A DNA stretch of 64,000 nucleotides from Terracidiphilus sp. (GCA_049509995.1 JBEKZJ010000030.1:12088-76087); one strand, 5' to 3'. Positions 33,572-43,114 are shown, numbered from the stretch's first letter. The notes: generated from the sequence alone by a model not told the origin. A program made the numbers and translations.

Positions 33572-34230
33572 ATGAGAGTTATCAAGCAGAACGTGGATCG
33601 GAGAACAATCATCGAAGCATACGGCAGGTACGACTGCTCAAAAAAGGGCCTACAAGCCCCGAACTTTGAGGGTTGGAATTGGACGGATGCCGACACCATT
33701 GATCGTGAAATGTGCAACGCGAAACTCAAGACTGGCATTCTCGCAGGCTACCTACTGTGGGACGAAGTCGAAGTCTCAATTCCGGATCTCCGCGAATGCG
33801 CGGTGGTTTCCAGTATTTTTCCACGGAAGGCGCGAGCACTCGGAATCCTTGAACGTGCTGGCGAACTTGCAGGTTGGAAGCCGGATCGACCGACCTCATG
33901 GTACGAGAGGATTGCAAGTGGCCAAACTCTCGACGAACCGGCCCTTTTGCTGCTGCGCCTGCAGTCAGGAGTGAGTTCCCCGCCCGTTGGTATTTCGAGG
34001 ATGGAAGTGGACGGGTGACCGCTTTCCTTGCAAAACAGATTCTTTTCGGCGCCTCACAGACCATAGCTACCGGTTACCTGGGACGTGTGCCCGATAAGAA
34101 CAGCTCTTTCATGCGGGAAAGTTCCTGGAACTTCTTCAAGTATGAAGTGGCGACCAAACCGGCATTCAACCCTGAATTTCCAAATGCGAAACTTGGGGTG
34201 CTGAGCGATAGGCTACCTTGCGCCGACTAA
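33572..34230 (+). pseudogene. Unknown gene apparently split by a frameshift
   Basis: ORFs 33572..34018 and 33874..34230 overlap in different frames. They read as one product of about 219 aa if one base is gained or lost near CCCTTTT at 33942-33948. SD GAAGGAG precedes ATG 33572. AT-richer than the flanks. Confidence 0.35.
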
Positions 34231-35463
34231 CTCTTCGTTTTTTGCACCCTGGCCGTAGTGGCTCTCTACGTAGTGGTCGAGGATTTGCTTGAAGTCGGCT
34301 ACGATGGTGTCGCCGCGGAGGGTGGTGGAGAGTTTGCCGTCGATGTAGACGGGGGCTTTGGGCTCTTCAAAGGTGCCGGGGAGACTGATGCCGAGGTTGG
34401 CGTGCTTGGATTCGCCGGGGCCGTTGACCACGCAGCCCATGACGGCTAGCTTGAGTTCTTCGACGCCGGGGTACTTCTTGCGCCACTCGGGCATGGAGGT
34501 CCGCAGATAACTCTGTATCTGCTCGGCTAACTCCTGGAAATAGGTGCTGGTGGTGCGGCCGCAGCCGGGGCAGCTTGTAACTTGCGGCATGAAGCTGCGG
34601 ATGGAGAGGGATTGGAGAATCTGCTGCGCGGCCAGGACTTCTTCGGTGCGGTCGCCGTTGGGCTTGGGGGTCAGGCTGACGCGGATGGTGTCTCCGATGC
34701 CGGCGAGGAGCAGCGGCGCGAGGCCGGCGGTGGAGGCGATGAGGCCCTTGGCGCCCATGCCGGCTTCAGTAAGGCCTAAGTGGAGGGCGTAGTCGCAGCG
34801 GGCGGCGAGGGTGGTGTAGACGTCGATGAGGTCGCGGACGCCGGAGACCTTGGCGGAGAGGATGATCTGGTCGGGCCGGAGGCCGTAGCGCTCGGCGGCT
34901 TTGGCAGATTCGAGGGCGCTGACGACCATGGCTTCCATCATCACTTCGCGAGCGGGCCTGGGCTCGGCGAGACGGCTGTTGGCATCCATCATGCGGGTGA
35001 GGAGGGCCTGGTCCAGAGAGCCCCAGTTGACGCCGATGCGGACAGGCTTCTGGTTTTCAACGGCGCACTCGACCATGACCTGAAAATTGTCGTTGTCTTT
35101 CTTGCCGATCGATGCGTTGCCGGGGTTGATGCGGTATTTGGCGAGGGCGCGGGCGGCGGCGGGGAATTTCTTGAGGAGCAGGTGGCCGTTGTAGTGGAAG
35201 TCGCCGACGATGGGGACGTTGAGACCTTGCTGCGCGAGGCCATCGACGATGTGCGGAACGGCGGCGGCGGCGTCCTCGTTGTTGACGGTGACGCGGACGA
35301 TCTCAGAGCCGGCTAGAGCCAGGGCCGCGACCTGTTCGATGCTGCCGGGAATGTCGGCCGTGTCGGTGTTGGTCATGGACTGGACGACGACCGGGACCTC
35401 CCAGCCGACGCGAACGTGCCCGATTTTGACCGTGGGTGTTTTTCTGCGCTGAATCTCCGCCAT
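34213..35463 (-). CDS. ispG: 4-hydroxy-3-methylbut-2-en-1-yl diphosphate synthase IspG/GcpE
   Basis: Cluster motifs [10 protein letters not shown] and [10 protein letters not shown]. 416 aa. Confidence 0.9.
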   Translation of the reverse strand: MAEIQRRKTPTVKIGHVRVGWEVPVVVQSMTNTDTADIPGSIEQVAALALAGSEIVRVTVNNEDAAAAVPHIVDGLAQQGLNVPIVGDFHYNGHLLLKKFPAAARALAKYRINPGNASIGKKDNDNFQVMVECAVENQKPVRIGVNWGSLDQALLTRMMDANSRLAEPRPAREVMMEAMVVSALESAKAAERYGLRPDQIILSAKVSGVRDLIDVYTTLAARCDYALHLGLTEAGMGAKGLIASTAGLAPLLLAGIGDTIRVSLTPKPNGDRTEEVLAAQQILQSLSIRSFMPQVTSCPGCGRTTSTYFQELAEQIQSYLRTSMPEWRKKYPGVEELKLAVMGCVVNGPGESKHANLGISLPGTFEEPKAPVYIDGKLSTTLRGDTIVADFKQILDHYVESHYGQGAKNEELVGAR

Positions 35464-35548
35464 GTATGTAGTTTAACCGGTGGACGGCGTGCAGCAAAAG
35501 CGAATCGCCTGACTTTTCGCCGCGCTCGGCTTTTGAGGAATGGACGAC

Positions 35549-35630
35549 GGCTGAGGTTTGTGGTCTTCCGCCCTTGCGCTGTCTTTTCCTCGAAGAGAGG
35601 GCGCAAGAATAAGCACGGGGCTTTTGTGGG
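35549..35630 (+). repeat. Intergenic repeat element B, diverged copy 4
   Basis: Conserved ends (ggctgaggtttgtggtc ... gcacggggcttttgtggg). The central stem is replaced by CTTGCGC...GCGCAAG, which still pairs. Confidence 0.6.
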
Positions 35631-35782
35631 ACGAGGAGACGGATGGATTGGGCTTTGCTGTTTCCCCGGCCTCAGAAGCAGGATCTGGGGCGCCTGGCAC
35701 CGGCCTTCGACGGTAGAGGGGGGTCACGGATTTTGATGTGCAAAAGGCAGCGAGTCAGCACCCGCTGGCGCGGGGATAGCGA

Positions 35783-35813
35783 GTTAGCAAGTTAGCAAGT
35801 TAGCGGAGTTGCG
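35783..35813. repeat. GTTAGC hexamers at 8-9-nt spacing (reverse complement of the GCTAAC arrays)
   Basis: GTTAGC at 35783, 35791 and 35799; GTTGCG at 35808. Confidence 0.6.
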
Positions 35814-35865
35814 GGGGATAAGACGGTATGGGCTGTGGGGGCGGGTGAGTGGAGACAAAACGCCG

Positions 35866-35938
35866 GGTTGAGGTTTGTGGTCTCCAACCCTTTCGCCAGA
35901 AAAAAGGCGAAAGGATGGGGCACGGGGCTTTTGTGGGG
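35866..35938 (+). repeat. Intergenic repeat element B, copy 3
   Basis: ggttgaggtttgtggtctccaaccctttcgccagaaaaaaggcgaaaggatggggcacggggcttttgtgggg. Confidence 0.75.
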
Positions 35939-35983
35939 AATCTGGCGCGAAGTTCATTTGTGGGGAATCTGGCGCGGAATTCA
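35930..35983 (+). repeat. 27-bp tandem duplication at the 3' edge of element B copy 3
   Basis: tttgtggggaatctggcgcgaagttca followed by tttgtggggaatctggcgcggaattca (2 mismatches). Confidence 0.8.
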
Positions 35984-36051
35984 TTATTCAAAAAGCTGAA
36001 GGGAAAATGCGGTAGTCTGGGGCGAAGACGGATGGGACAAAAAGTGCGGGG

Positions 36052-37074
36052 ATGGGAGCGATGACCGAGGGAGGAAGTGTTGCCGTGCCGGCAGCGAAAG
36101 CGCGGACAGGGACGCAGGCGGACGGTCCTACGCTGCTGCTGCGTGGAGTGCGGAAGGCCTTTGCGGATGTGCAGGCGGTGGATGGGCTGGACCTGGAGGT
36201 GGCGCGGGGCGAATGCTTCGGGCTGCTGGGGCCGAATGGGGCAGGGAAGACGACGACCATCGAGATTTGCGAGGGGCTGACCGCGCCCGATGAGGGGACG
36301 GTGGAAGTGCTGGGGCTGAACTGGCGCACGGGAGCCGATGAGCTGCGGCAGCGGATCGGGATTCAACTGCAGGAGACGCAGTTTCCGGACAAGCTGACGG
36401 TCGAAGAGACGCTCAGGCTGTTCAGGAGTTTTTTCAGGCGCGGGATCGCGGTGGAGGAGTCGATCGAGACGGCGCAGCTTGAAGAGAAGCGCAGTTCGCG
36501 GGTGGGGGGATTGTCGGGCGGGCAGAAGCAGAGGCTGGCGATGGCCTGCGCGCTGGTGGGAGATCCGGAGCTGCTGTTTCTGGATGAGCCGACGACGGGG
36601 CTCGATCCGCAGGCGCGGCGGCACTTGTGGGACCTGGTGGATGGGCTGAAGCAGGCGGGGCGGACGATTATTTTGACCACGCACTATATGGAAGAGGCGG
36701 AGCGGCTTTGCGACCGGGTGGCAATCATGGATCATGGGCGGGTAATTGCGCTGGGGACTCCGCAACAACTGATTGCCACGGTGGGCGGGGAGGACATTGT
36801 GGAGTTTGCCGTGAGCGGCGGCGAGACGGGGAGCCATGAGGGCGGGAACGGCGTGGTGGATGCGGCACCGCTGACGGCGATTGCGGGGGTGCAGTCGCAC
36901 CGCGTGGATGAAGGGCTGCACCAACTTTCAGTGAGCGAACTGCACCTGGCGGTGCCGCGGATTTTTGCCGCGCTCAAGGAACAGGGGCTGCATCTGAGCG
37001 AGTTTCGCACCCACTCGGCGACGCTGGAGGACGTGTTTGTGCGGCTGACGGGAAGGTACTTGCGCGATGAATAA
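36052..37074 (+). CDS. ABC transporter ATP-binding protein (ABC-2/DrrA-like)
   Basis: Walker A GPNGAGKTT, signature LSGGQKQRL and Walker B LLFLDEPTTGLD. Confidence 0.85.
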   Translation: MGAMTEGGSVAVPAAKARTGTQADGPTLLLRGVRKAFADVQAVDGLDLEVARGECFGLLGPNGAGKTTTIEICEGLTAPDEGTVEVLGLNWRTGADELRQRIGIQLQETQFPDKLTVEETLRLFRSFFRRGIAVEESIETAQLEEKRSSRVGGLSGGQKQRLAMACALVGDPELLFLDEPTTGLDPQARRHLWDLVDGLKQAGRTIILTTHYMEEAERLCDRVAIMDHGRVIALGTPQQLIATVGGEDIVEFAVSGGETGSHEGGNGVVDAAPLTAIAGVQSHRVDEGLHQLSVSELHLAVPRIFAALKEQGLHLSEFRTHSATLEDVFVRLTGRYLRDE

Positions 37075-38098
37075 GCTGGAGCTGAGCAGCCTTTATCAAT
37101 TGACGATGGCGCGCTTCAGGCTGATCTGGCGCGAGCCGGAGGCGATTTTCTGGATCTTCATTTTTCCGATTCTGCTGGCGGTGGGGCTCGGGATTGCGTT
37201 CCGCAACCGGCCGGCGGATGTGCTGCAGGTGGGCGCGACGACGGAGCAACTGACGCAGGCGCTCACCCGCGACGAGGGGCTGACAGCGACGACGATGAAT
37301 GAGGAAGACGGCACGCGGGCGCTGGCGACGGGGCGGATTCTGCTGCTGGCGATCCCGAGGGCGGATGGGGTGGCGTACAAGTACGACGACACGAATCCGG
37401 ATGCGCGGACGGCGCGGTTGCTGGTGGATGGGGCGATTCAGACGGCGGCGGGGCGGCGCGAGGCGGTGCGCGCCGAGAACGAGCTGGTGCATGAGACGGG
37501 GGCGCGTTATATCGACTTTGTGGTGCCGGGCCTGCTGGGGATGAATCTGATGGGGTCGGCGATGTGGGGGCTGGGCTTTGCGATCGTGGAGGCCAGGCAA
37601 AAGAAGCTGCTGAAGCGGCTGGTGGCTTCGCCGATGCCGCGCTGGCAGTATCTGGCGTCGTTTCTGCTCTCGAGGCTGGCGATGCTGATCATCGAGGTTG
37701 CGGTGTTTCTGGGGTTTGCGCGGGTGGCGTTTGGAGTGCCGTTTCGCGGGTCGGTGTGGGAGCTGGGATTGCTCTGCGTGCTGACTTCGCTGGCGTTTTC
37801 CGCTCTGGGGCTGCTGGTGTCGTCGCGGGCCAGGACGATGGAAGCGGCTTCGGGATTGATGAACCTGGTGATGCTCCCGATGTGGATCTTGTCGGGAGTG
37901 TTCTTTTCGGCGACGCGGTTTCCCGCGGTGATTCAGCCGCTGGTGCGGGCGCTGCCGCTGACGGCGGCGATCGATGCGCTGCGCGGGAATATGCTGCAAG
38001 GGATGAACCTGGGACAGCTCATTGCGCAAGTGGGCATCCTGCTGGCGTGGTTCGTGGTTCCGTTTGCGGTTTCTCTGCGCATCTTCCGGTGGAGATAG
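37067..38098 (+). CDS. ABC-2 type transporter permease
   Basis: 343 aa: an N-terminal TM segment, a large loop, then five or six TM segments. 8-nt overlap with the ATPase gene. Confidence 0.8.
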   Translation: MNKLELSSLYQLTMARFRLIWREPEAIFWIFIFPILLAVGLGIAFRNRPADVLQVGATTEQLTQALTRDEGLTATTMNEEDGTRALATGRILLLAIPRADGVAYKYDDTNPDARTARLLVDGAIQTAAGRREAVRAENELVHETGARYIDFVVPGLLGMNLMGSAMWGLGFAIVEARQKKLLKRLVASPMPRWQYLASFLLSRLAMLIIEVAVFLGFARVAFGVPFRGSVWELGLLCVLTSLAFSALGLLVSSRARTMEAASGLMNLVMLPMWILSGVFFSATRFPAVIQPLVRALPLTAAIDALRGNMLQGMNLGQLIAQVGILLAWFVVPFAVSLRIFRWR

Positions 38099-38666
38099 CG
38101 GAAGATGAAGGCGAGTCGAGTGGAGTTAGAGCGTCCGATTCAAGAAAGTCCCGGCCGAGCATAGCTCTCCTATCGGCAGTTACCCATGGCCTTCCCATAC
38201 TGGGTCAAGGAGGCAGCCTCTGTGAGTACGGAGCGAGCCTTGCGGAGGGGTGCGTGCGGTTGCGCGGGATTAACAGAGGGCAGTCTTGCCAATGGGGCGG
38301 GGCAGTCATCACGAAAGTTGTGTGATCGGACGCACATCCCAAACCTGCCTATCAGTGTCAAAGTCCACACGGACATTTTTTTCGGGGAGATGGCTGCGCC
38401 AAAAGCGCTGCGCCTAAAGGTGTAGTGTGCTTATTGGCCAGCCACGGGAGATGCAAACAGCGAATTCCCTTTTCTTTTTGTTTTTTCTGCGGAGAAATGG
38501 TCCAGAAACAGAGGAAGGGTCGGCTCATGTCTCCCTCTCAATCCCGCAACCTCAAACCCTACACACAGCTGCTGCGCCACTGGTCTGCGGATGGTGGCGA
38601 TGGCTCTCGGCCCCCGTGGTTTTCACTGAAGCGAGCAGCCGGCCAAGGGGAGCCTGGAGAGGAGAA

Positions 38667-39209
38667 ATGATGCAGAATGTCGCCGAGGAAGTTCCCGATG
38701 CCCGTGAAAGGTTGCTGATAGACCATGTGATCGCCCAGCACGAGGGCCGTCCCGGAGCACTGCTGGGAATTCTTGAATCGGTTCAGTCCGCCAATGCGCA
38801 TAAATTCCTGTCGATGGGGTCGTTACGCTACATCGCGGAGAAAACAGGGATTCCTCCGGCAAGAATCTATAGCGCCGCGACCTTCTATGCGCTGTTCAAC
38901 CTCGATCCGCAAGGCGATAACGTGGTCTGCGTCTGCCGCGGGACGGCCTGCCACACCAGGGGTTCTCGCGATCTGTTGCAAAAGCTGTGCCTGGGCCTGG
39001 GGCTGATCGGACAGGATCTGAGCGAGACCAACGATGCCGACAAGCTGGCGCTGACTACACCGGACCGGAAGTTCACCGTTCGCACGGTTGCCTGCTTCGG
39101 CCAGTGCGCGCTGGCGCCAGTGGTTGAAGTGAACCACCACATTCTGAGCCACGTGAATGAACGCACGCTGCAACGGGAAGTGAAAGCACTGAAGCAGGGG
39201 AGGCAGTGA
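38667..39209 (+). CDS. NuoE/HoxE-type [2Fe-2S] thioredoxin-fold subunit
   Basis: Cluster ligands CRGTAC (Cx4C) and CFGQC (Cx3C). ATG 38667 follows SD GGAGAGGAG. The ORF-track start at 38427 adds a non-coding-looking leader. Confidence 0.85.
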   Translation: MMQNVAEEVPDARERLLIDHVIAQHEGRPGALLGILESVQSANAHKFLSMGSLRYIAEKTGIPPARIYSAATFYALFNLDPQGDNVVCVCRGTACHTRGSRDLLQKLCLGLGLIGQDLSETNDADKLALTTPDRKFTVRTVACFGQCALAPVVEVNHHILSHVNERTLQREVKALKQGRQ

Positions 39210-42200
39210 TGCCGCGAATTCAGGACATTGGGGCGTTCAACGCGGTACGGGAATCCGGGCTGGCCAAACTGCTGCCGGCCATTCCGCGGGTTGCAGTGGG
39301 GATGGGGACCTGCGGACGCGGCAATGGCGCGGAAGAGGTGTATCACGCCTTGAATGAGGCGATCGAACGCAGTGGGCAGGAGGTGCTGCTCGTGCCGGTG
39401 GGCTGCTTTGGCGCCTGTTTTCAGGAGCCGCTGGTAAGCGTCCGGCTGCCAGGAGCTCCGCTGGTGATGCTGCGGCGCGTACACGCCAACGATGCCACGC
39501 GCATCCTGGAGAGCCTTTTCAACCATGGAATGCCGCCTGATCTCATTTACTGCAAGCTCGAGGAATGGGATCACATTACGGGGCATTTGAAATACGGCCA
39601 GGATTATCCCGATGTGGCGCCGTGGGACGCGATTCCATTCTTCAAGGGACAAAAGAAGATTGTTCTGCGGAATTGCGGGCTGATCAGTCCCGAGGACATT
39701 GAAGAATACTTCGCAGTTGGCGGGTACCAGGCCCTCTACAAGGTGCTGATCGACGGACGCGGGGAAAGCGTGATTGAACAGATCAAGGCATCGCGGCTGC
39801 GCGGGCGGGGCGGGGCGGGCTTCCTGACCGGCAACAAGTGGGATTTTCTTGCCAAGGCCAAAGCAGATGCCAAGTACATTGTGTGCAACGCCGATGAGGG
39901 CGATCCCGGCGCCTACATGAATCGGAATGAGATCGAAGGCGATCCTCATTCTCTGCTGGAGGGCATGATCATAGGCGCTTACGTGATGGGGGCGACCGAG
40001 GGCATCGTGTATGTGCGGGCCGAGTATCCCCTGGCGGTGCGGCGGTTGAGCCGCGCCATCGAACAGGCGCGCGAATACGGGCTGCTGGGCAAGAACATCC
40101 TGGACCGCGGATTCAACTTCGATATCGAACTGGTGCAGGGAGCGGGGGCGTTTGTGTGCGGCGAGGAAACGGCCCTGATCGCTTCGCTGGAGGGCTTTGC
40201 CGGCAGGCCGCATCCCCGCCCGCCGTTTCCGGCGCAAAAAGGATTGTGGGGCAAGCCCACCAACATCAACAACGTGGAAACCTGGTGCAATGTTGCCCCG
40301 ATCGTAAGCCGGGGTCCGGCATGGTTCACGGAGACGGGCAGCGTGAAGAGTCCGGGGACCAAGGTTTTTTCGCTGGTGGGCAAGATCCAGAACACGGGGC
40401 TGGTGGAGATGCCGCTGGGCACTCCGCTGCGGAACTTCATCTATGACATCGGAGAAGGAGCGATAGCCGGACGCCGCGTGAAGGCAGTGCAAACAGGAGG
40501 GCCCTCCGGGGGATGCATACCCGTGGAGATGCTGGACACGCCCGTGGACTACGAGAGCCTGGCGCATATTGGCTCCATCATGGGTTCGGGCGGCATGGTA
40601 GTGATGGACGAAGACAACTGCATGGTGGATGTGGCGCGCTATTTCGTCGAGTTCACGCATTCGGAGTCCTGCGGCAAGTGCGTGCCGTGCAGGGTGGGAC
40701 TGGACAAGGCGCTCCGCGTCCTGAATTTGATCACCGAAGGAAGCGGAACCTCGGAGCACCTGAACCGGCTGGATGAGCTGGGGCGGATGATCCGCGAATG
40801 CTCTCTCTGCGGGCTGGGGCAGACGGCGCCGAATCCGGTGCTGACCACCATCCGCCACTTCCGCGAGGAGTATGAAGACCACATCATGGCCCGGCGATGC
40901 CGCGCCGGGGTGTGCCAGGAACTGGCGCTGTCTCCCTGTGAAAACAGTTGCCCGCTGCGGATGAACATTCCGCGTTTTCTGGAACTTTACCAGGAGGGCC
41001 GGCTCGAAGACGCATTCGAATCCGTCATCCTCGACAATCCACTGCCCGCGTCGACGGGGAGAGTTTGCCAGCACCCGTGCGACAACCGCTGCCGCCGGCA
41101 GTCGTTCGATGAGGTTGTCAACATGCGCGAAGTGCATCGCTTCATCGCGGACGCGATCTATCAATCCGATCGCTTTGAGGCGATGGTGGAGCGGGTCGTG
41201 GCGCACAAGCTGGAGCCCACAGGGCACAAGGTTGCCGTGGCCGGCGCCGGCCCGACGGGCCTGACGGCCGCGTTCTATCTGGCCTTGCTGGGGCACGACG
41301 TGACGATCTTCGAGGAGCGCGGCGAGGCGGGCGGGATGCTTCGCTTCGCCATTCCGGAGTACCGGCTGCCCAAGGCCGTGCTGCGGCGCGAACTGGAACT
41401 GATCGAGAGAACCGGCGTGAAGATGGTGTTCAACACCAGGGTGGGATTCGATCTTCCGCTGAACGAAATGGCAAGCCAGTTCGATGCGGTGTTTCTCTCC
41501 ATCGGCACGTGGAAGGAATCCTGGCTCTACCTTCCCGGGACGGAGTTGAAGGGCGTCTATCCGGCTCTGCCGTTCCTGGAATCCGTGGCCAAGCAGGAGA
41601 AGGTGCGTTCCGGTTTCAGAGTTGCGGTGATTGGCGGCGGCAACGCGGCCATCGATTCGGCGCGCACCATGCTGCGCAAGGGCGCCGCGGTAACCATCCT
41701 CTACCGGCGCGAACGCAACGACATGCCCGCAATCGACGAGGAGATTCAGGCGGCCGAGGACGAAGGCGTGCGGTTTGAGTTTCTAGCCGCGCCGCACCGT
41801 ATTCTAGGCGATGCCGATGGGAATGTGAAGGCCATCGAGATGGTGAAAACGCGGCTGGGAGAATACGATAAATCGGGGCGCAAGCGGCCGATTCCCACCG
41901 ACGAGGTGCAGCGCTTTGCATGCGACAGCGTGATCCTTGCCGTGGGCGAGACGTTCGATCTGGACTTCTGCCGCGCGTCCGGCCTGGAGCTCAAAGAGGA
42001 AGGCACGATCGTGGTGGATCGCCTCTCGCTGGAGACCAGCCGGCCTGGTTTCTATGCAGGCGGCGACGTGATTACCGGCGCATCGAACGTATCCAACGCC
42101 ATGGGCGGGGGCAAGCAGGCGGCGCAAAAGATCGATGAGCGCCTGATGGGCGGAGGACGCTGGAAACGGCTCTTTCCGCAGTTCGAATATAGCCGCCAGG

Positions 42201-42370
42201 CGCCGGGAGAACCGAGCCTTAGCCGCCGCCACACGGCTCACGCCGTGCCCGCGGAGGTTCGGGTTCGCTCGCAGGAGGAAGTGGTTGCCGGCCTCGACGC
42301 GAAAGAGGCGCTGGAGGAAAGCCGCCGTTGCCTTCGTTGCGATCTGCGAGCCGCTGTGATTGCCGATTGA
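39209..42370 (+). CDS. Fusion protein: NuoF/HoxF/HydB-type FMN/NADH/[4Fe-4S] module + GltD/NfnB-type FAD/NADPH module
   Basis: NuoF part: GRGGAGFLTGNKW, CNADEGDPGAYMNR, ESCGKCVPCR, CGLGQTAPNP. GltD part, from about nt 40930: CENSCP...CQHPCDNRCRR, GAGPTGLTAA, GGGNAAIDSA...YRR. The start overlaps the stop of the NuoE-like gene. Confidence 0.85.
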   Translation: MPRIQDIGAFNAVRESGLAKLLPAIPRVAVGMGTCGRGNGAEEVYHALNEAIERSGQEVLLVPVGCFGACFQEPLVSVRLPGAPLVMLRRVHANDATRILESLFNHGMPPDLIYCKLEEWDHITGHLKYGQDYPDVAPWDAIPFFKGQKKIVLRNCGLISPEDIEEYFAVGGYQALYKVLIDGRGESVIEQIKASRLRGRGGAGFLTGNKWDFLAKAKADAKYIVCNADEGDPGAYMNRNEIEGDPHSLLEGMIIGAYVMGATEGIVYVRAEYPLAVRRLSRAIEQAREYGLLGKNILDRGFNFDIELVQGAGAFVCGEETALIASLEGFAGRPHPRPPFPAQKGLWGKPTNINNVETWCNVAPIVSRGPAWFTETGSVKSPGTKVFSLVGKIQNTGLVEMPLGTPLRNFIYDIGEGAIAGRRVKAVQTGGPSGGCIPVEMLDTPVDYESLAHIGSIMGSGGMVVMDEDNCMVDVARYFVEFTHSESCGKCVPCRVGLDKALRVLNLITEGSGTSEHLNRLDELGRMIRECSLCGLGQTAPNPVLTTIRHFREEYEDHIMARRCRAGVCQELALSPCENSCPLRMNIPRFLELYQEGRLEDAFESVILDNPLPASTGRVCQHPCDNRCRRQSFDEVVNMREVHRFIADAIYQSDRFEAMVERVVAHKLEPTGHKVAVAGAGPTGLTAAFYLALLGHDVTIFEERGEAGGMLRFAIPEYRLPKAVLRRELELIERTGVKMVFNTRVGFDLPLNEMASQFDAVFLSIGTWKESWLYLPGTELKGVYPALPFLESVAKQEKVRSGFRVAVIGGGNAAIDSARTMLRKGAAVTILYRRERNDMPAIDEEIQAAEDEGVRFEFLAAPHRILGDADGNVKAIEMVKTRLGEYDKSGRKRPIPTDEVQRFACDSVILAVGETFDLDFCRASGLELKEEGTIVVDRLSLETSRPGFYAGGDVITGASNVSNAMGGGKQAAQKIDERLMGGGRWKRLFPQFEYSRQAPGEPSLSRRHTAHAVPAEVRVRSQEEVVAGLDAKEALEESRRCLRCDLRAAVIAD

Positions 42371-42385
42371 GAAAGGAGCGCCGCA

Positions 42386-43114
42386 TTGCCGACCAAAACG
42401 ATTTCCGTCCGAATTGATGGCGAATTAGTGACCGCGCAGGAAGGGCAGTCGATTCTGGAAGCGGCCCGCGCCAACGGGAAGCAGATTCCGACGCTCTGCT
42501 ATCTGAAGGGACTGAGCGCGGTGGGAGCCTGCCGGGTGTGCATTGTGGAGCTGGCGGGCACCGACCGGCTGCTCCCGGCCTGCACAACTCCCATCCAGGA
42601 GGGCATGTCGATCAAGACCACCTCGGCCAAGCTCACGCTCTACCGGCAGATGGCGGTCGAGTTGTTGCTGGTGGAGCGCAACCACATCTGCTCGGCATGC
42701 GTATCCAACAGTCATTGTGAGCTGCAGGCGCTGGCGCAATCGCTGGGCGTCACCCATGTGCGCTACTCCTACAACAATCCGCGCGTGCAGGTGGATATGA
42801 CCCACCCTCGCTTCGTCCTCGATCACAACCGGTGCATCCTGTGTACGCGCTGCGTGCGGGTGTGCGCTGAAGTGGAAGGAGCGAATGTGTGGGAGGTTGC
42901 ATCGCGCGGCATCTATTCCCGCATCGTCAGCGATCTGAGGGAGGATTGGGGGCAAACGCGGAACTGCACCGGCTGCGGCAAGTGCGTGCAGGCGTGCCCT
43001 ACAGGAGCGCTTGCGGAGAAGGGCTTTTCAGTCCACGAAATGGTGAAGCAGAGCGATGGGGTCACCCGGTTGGCGCTGCAGAGAGCGCACCAAGCGGGCA
43101 GTCCTTTCCGGTAA
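42386..43114 (+). CDS. HoxU / NuoG-N-terminal-type poly-FeS subunit ([2Fe-2S] + [4Fe-4S] clusters)
   Basis: CYLKGLSAVGACRVC, NHICSACVSNSHC, CILCTRCVRVC and CTGCGKCVQACP. TTG start 7 nt after SD AAGGAG. Confidence 0.8.
   Translation: MPTKTISVRIDGELVTAQEGQSILEAARANGKQIPTLCYLKGLSAVGACRVCIVELAGTDRLLPACTTPIQEGMSIKTTSAKLTLYRQMAVELLLVERNHICSACVSNSHCELQALAQSLGVTHVRYSYNNPRVQVDMTHPRFVLDHNRCILCTRCVRVCAEVEGANVWEVASRGIYSRIVSDLREDWGQTRNCTGCGKCVQACPTGALAEKGFSVHEMVKQSDGVTRLALQRAHQAGSPFR

Noticed and set aside
35800-38029. Minus-strand ORFs 35800..36924 and 36974..38029
   Set aside because: They are antisense to the ABC ATPase and permease pair. The first also reads through intergenic repeat elements. Their extreme Arg/Pro/His/Gln content marks them as shadow ORFs.
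38425-38670. Small ORF ending in an ATGA overlap with the NuoE-like start (possible leader peptide)
   Set aside because: The overlap is suggestive. However, the peptide is basic and low-complexity, it lacks a convincing SD and start, and third-position bias is weak. The evidence is not enough to call a gene.
38885-41296. 803-aa minus-strand ORF, the longest-looking 'gene' in this region
   Set aside because: It is antisense to the NuoE/NuoF::GltD genes, which have unambiguous cofactor motifs. The product is Arg/His/Pro/Gln-rich low-complexity sequence, typical of a shadow ORF in high-G+C DNA.
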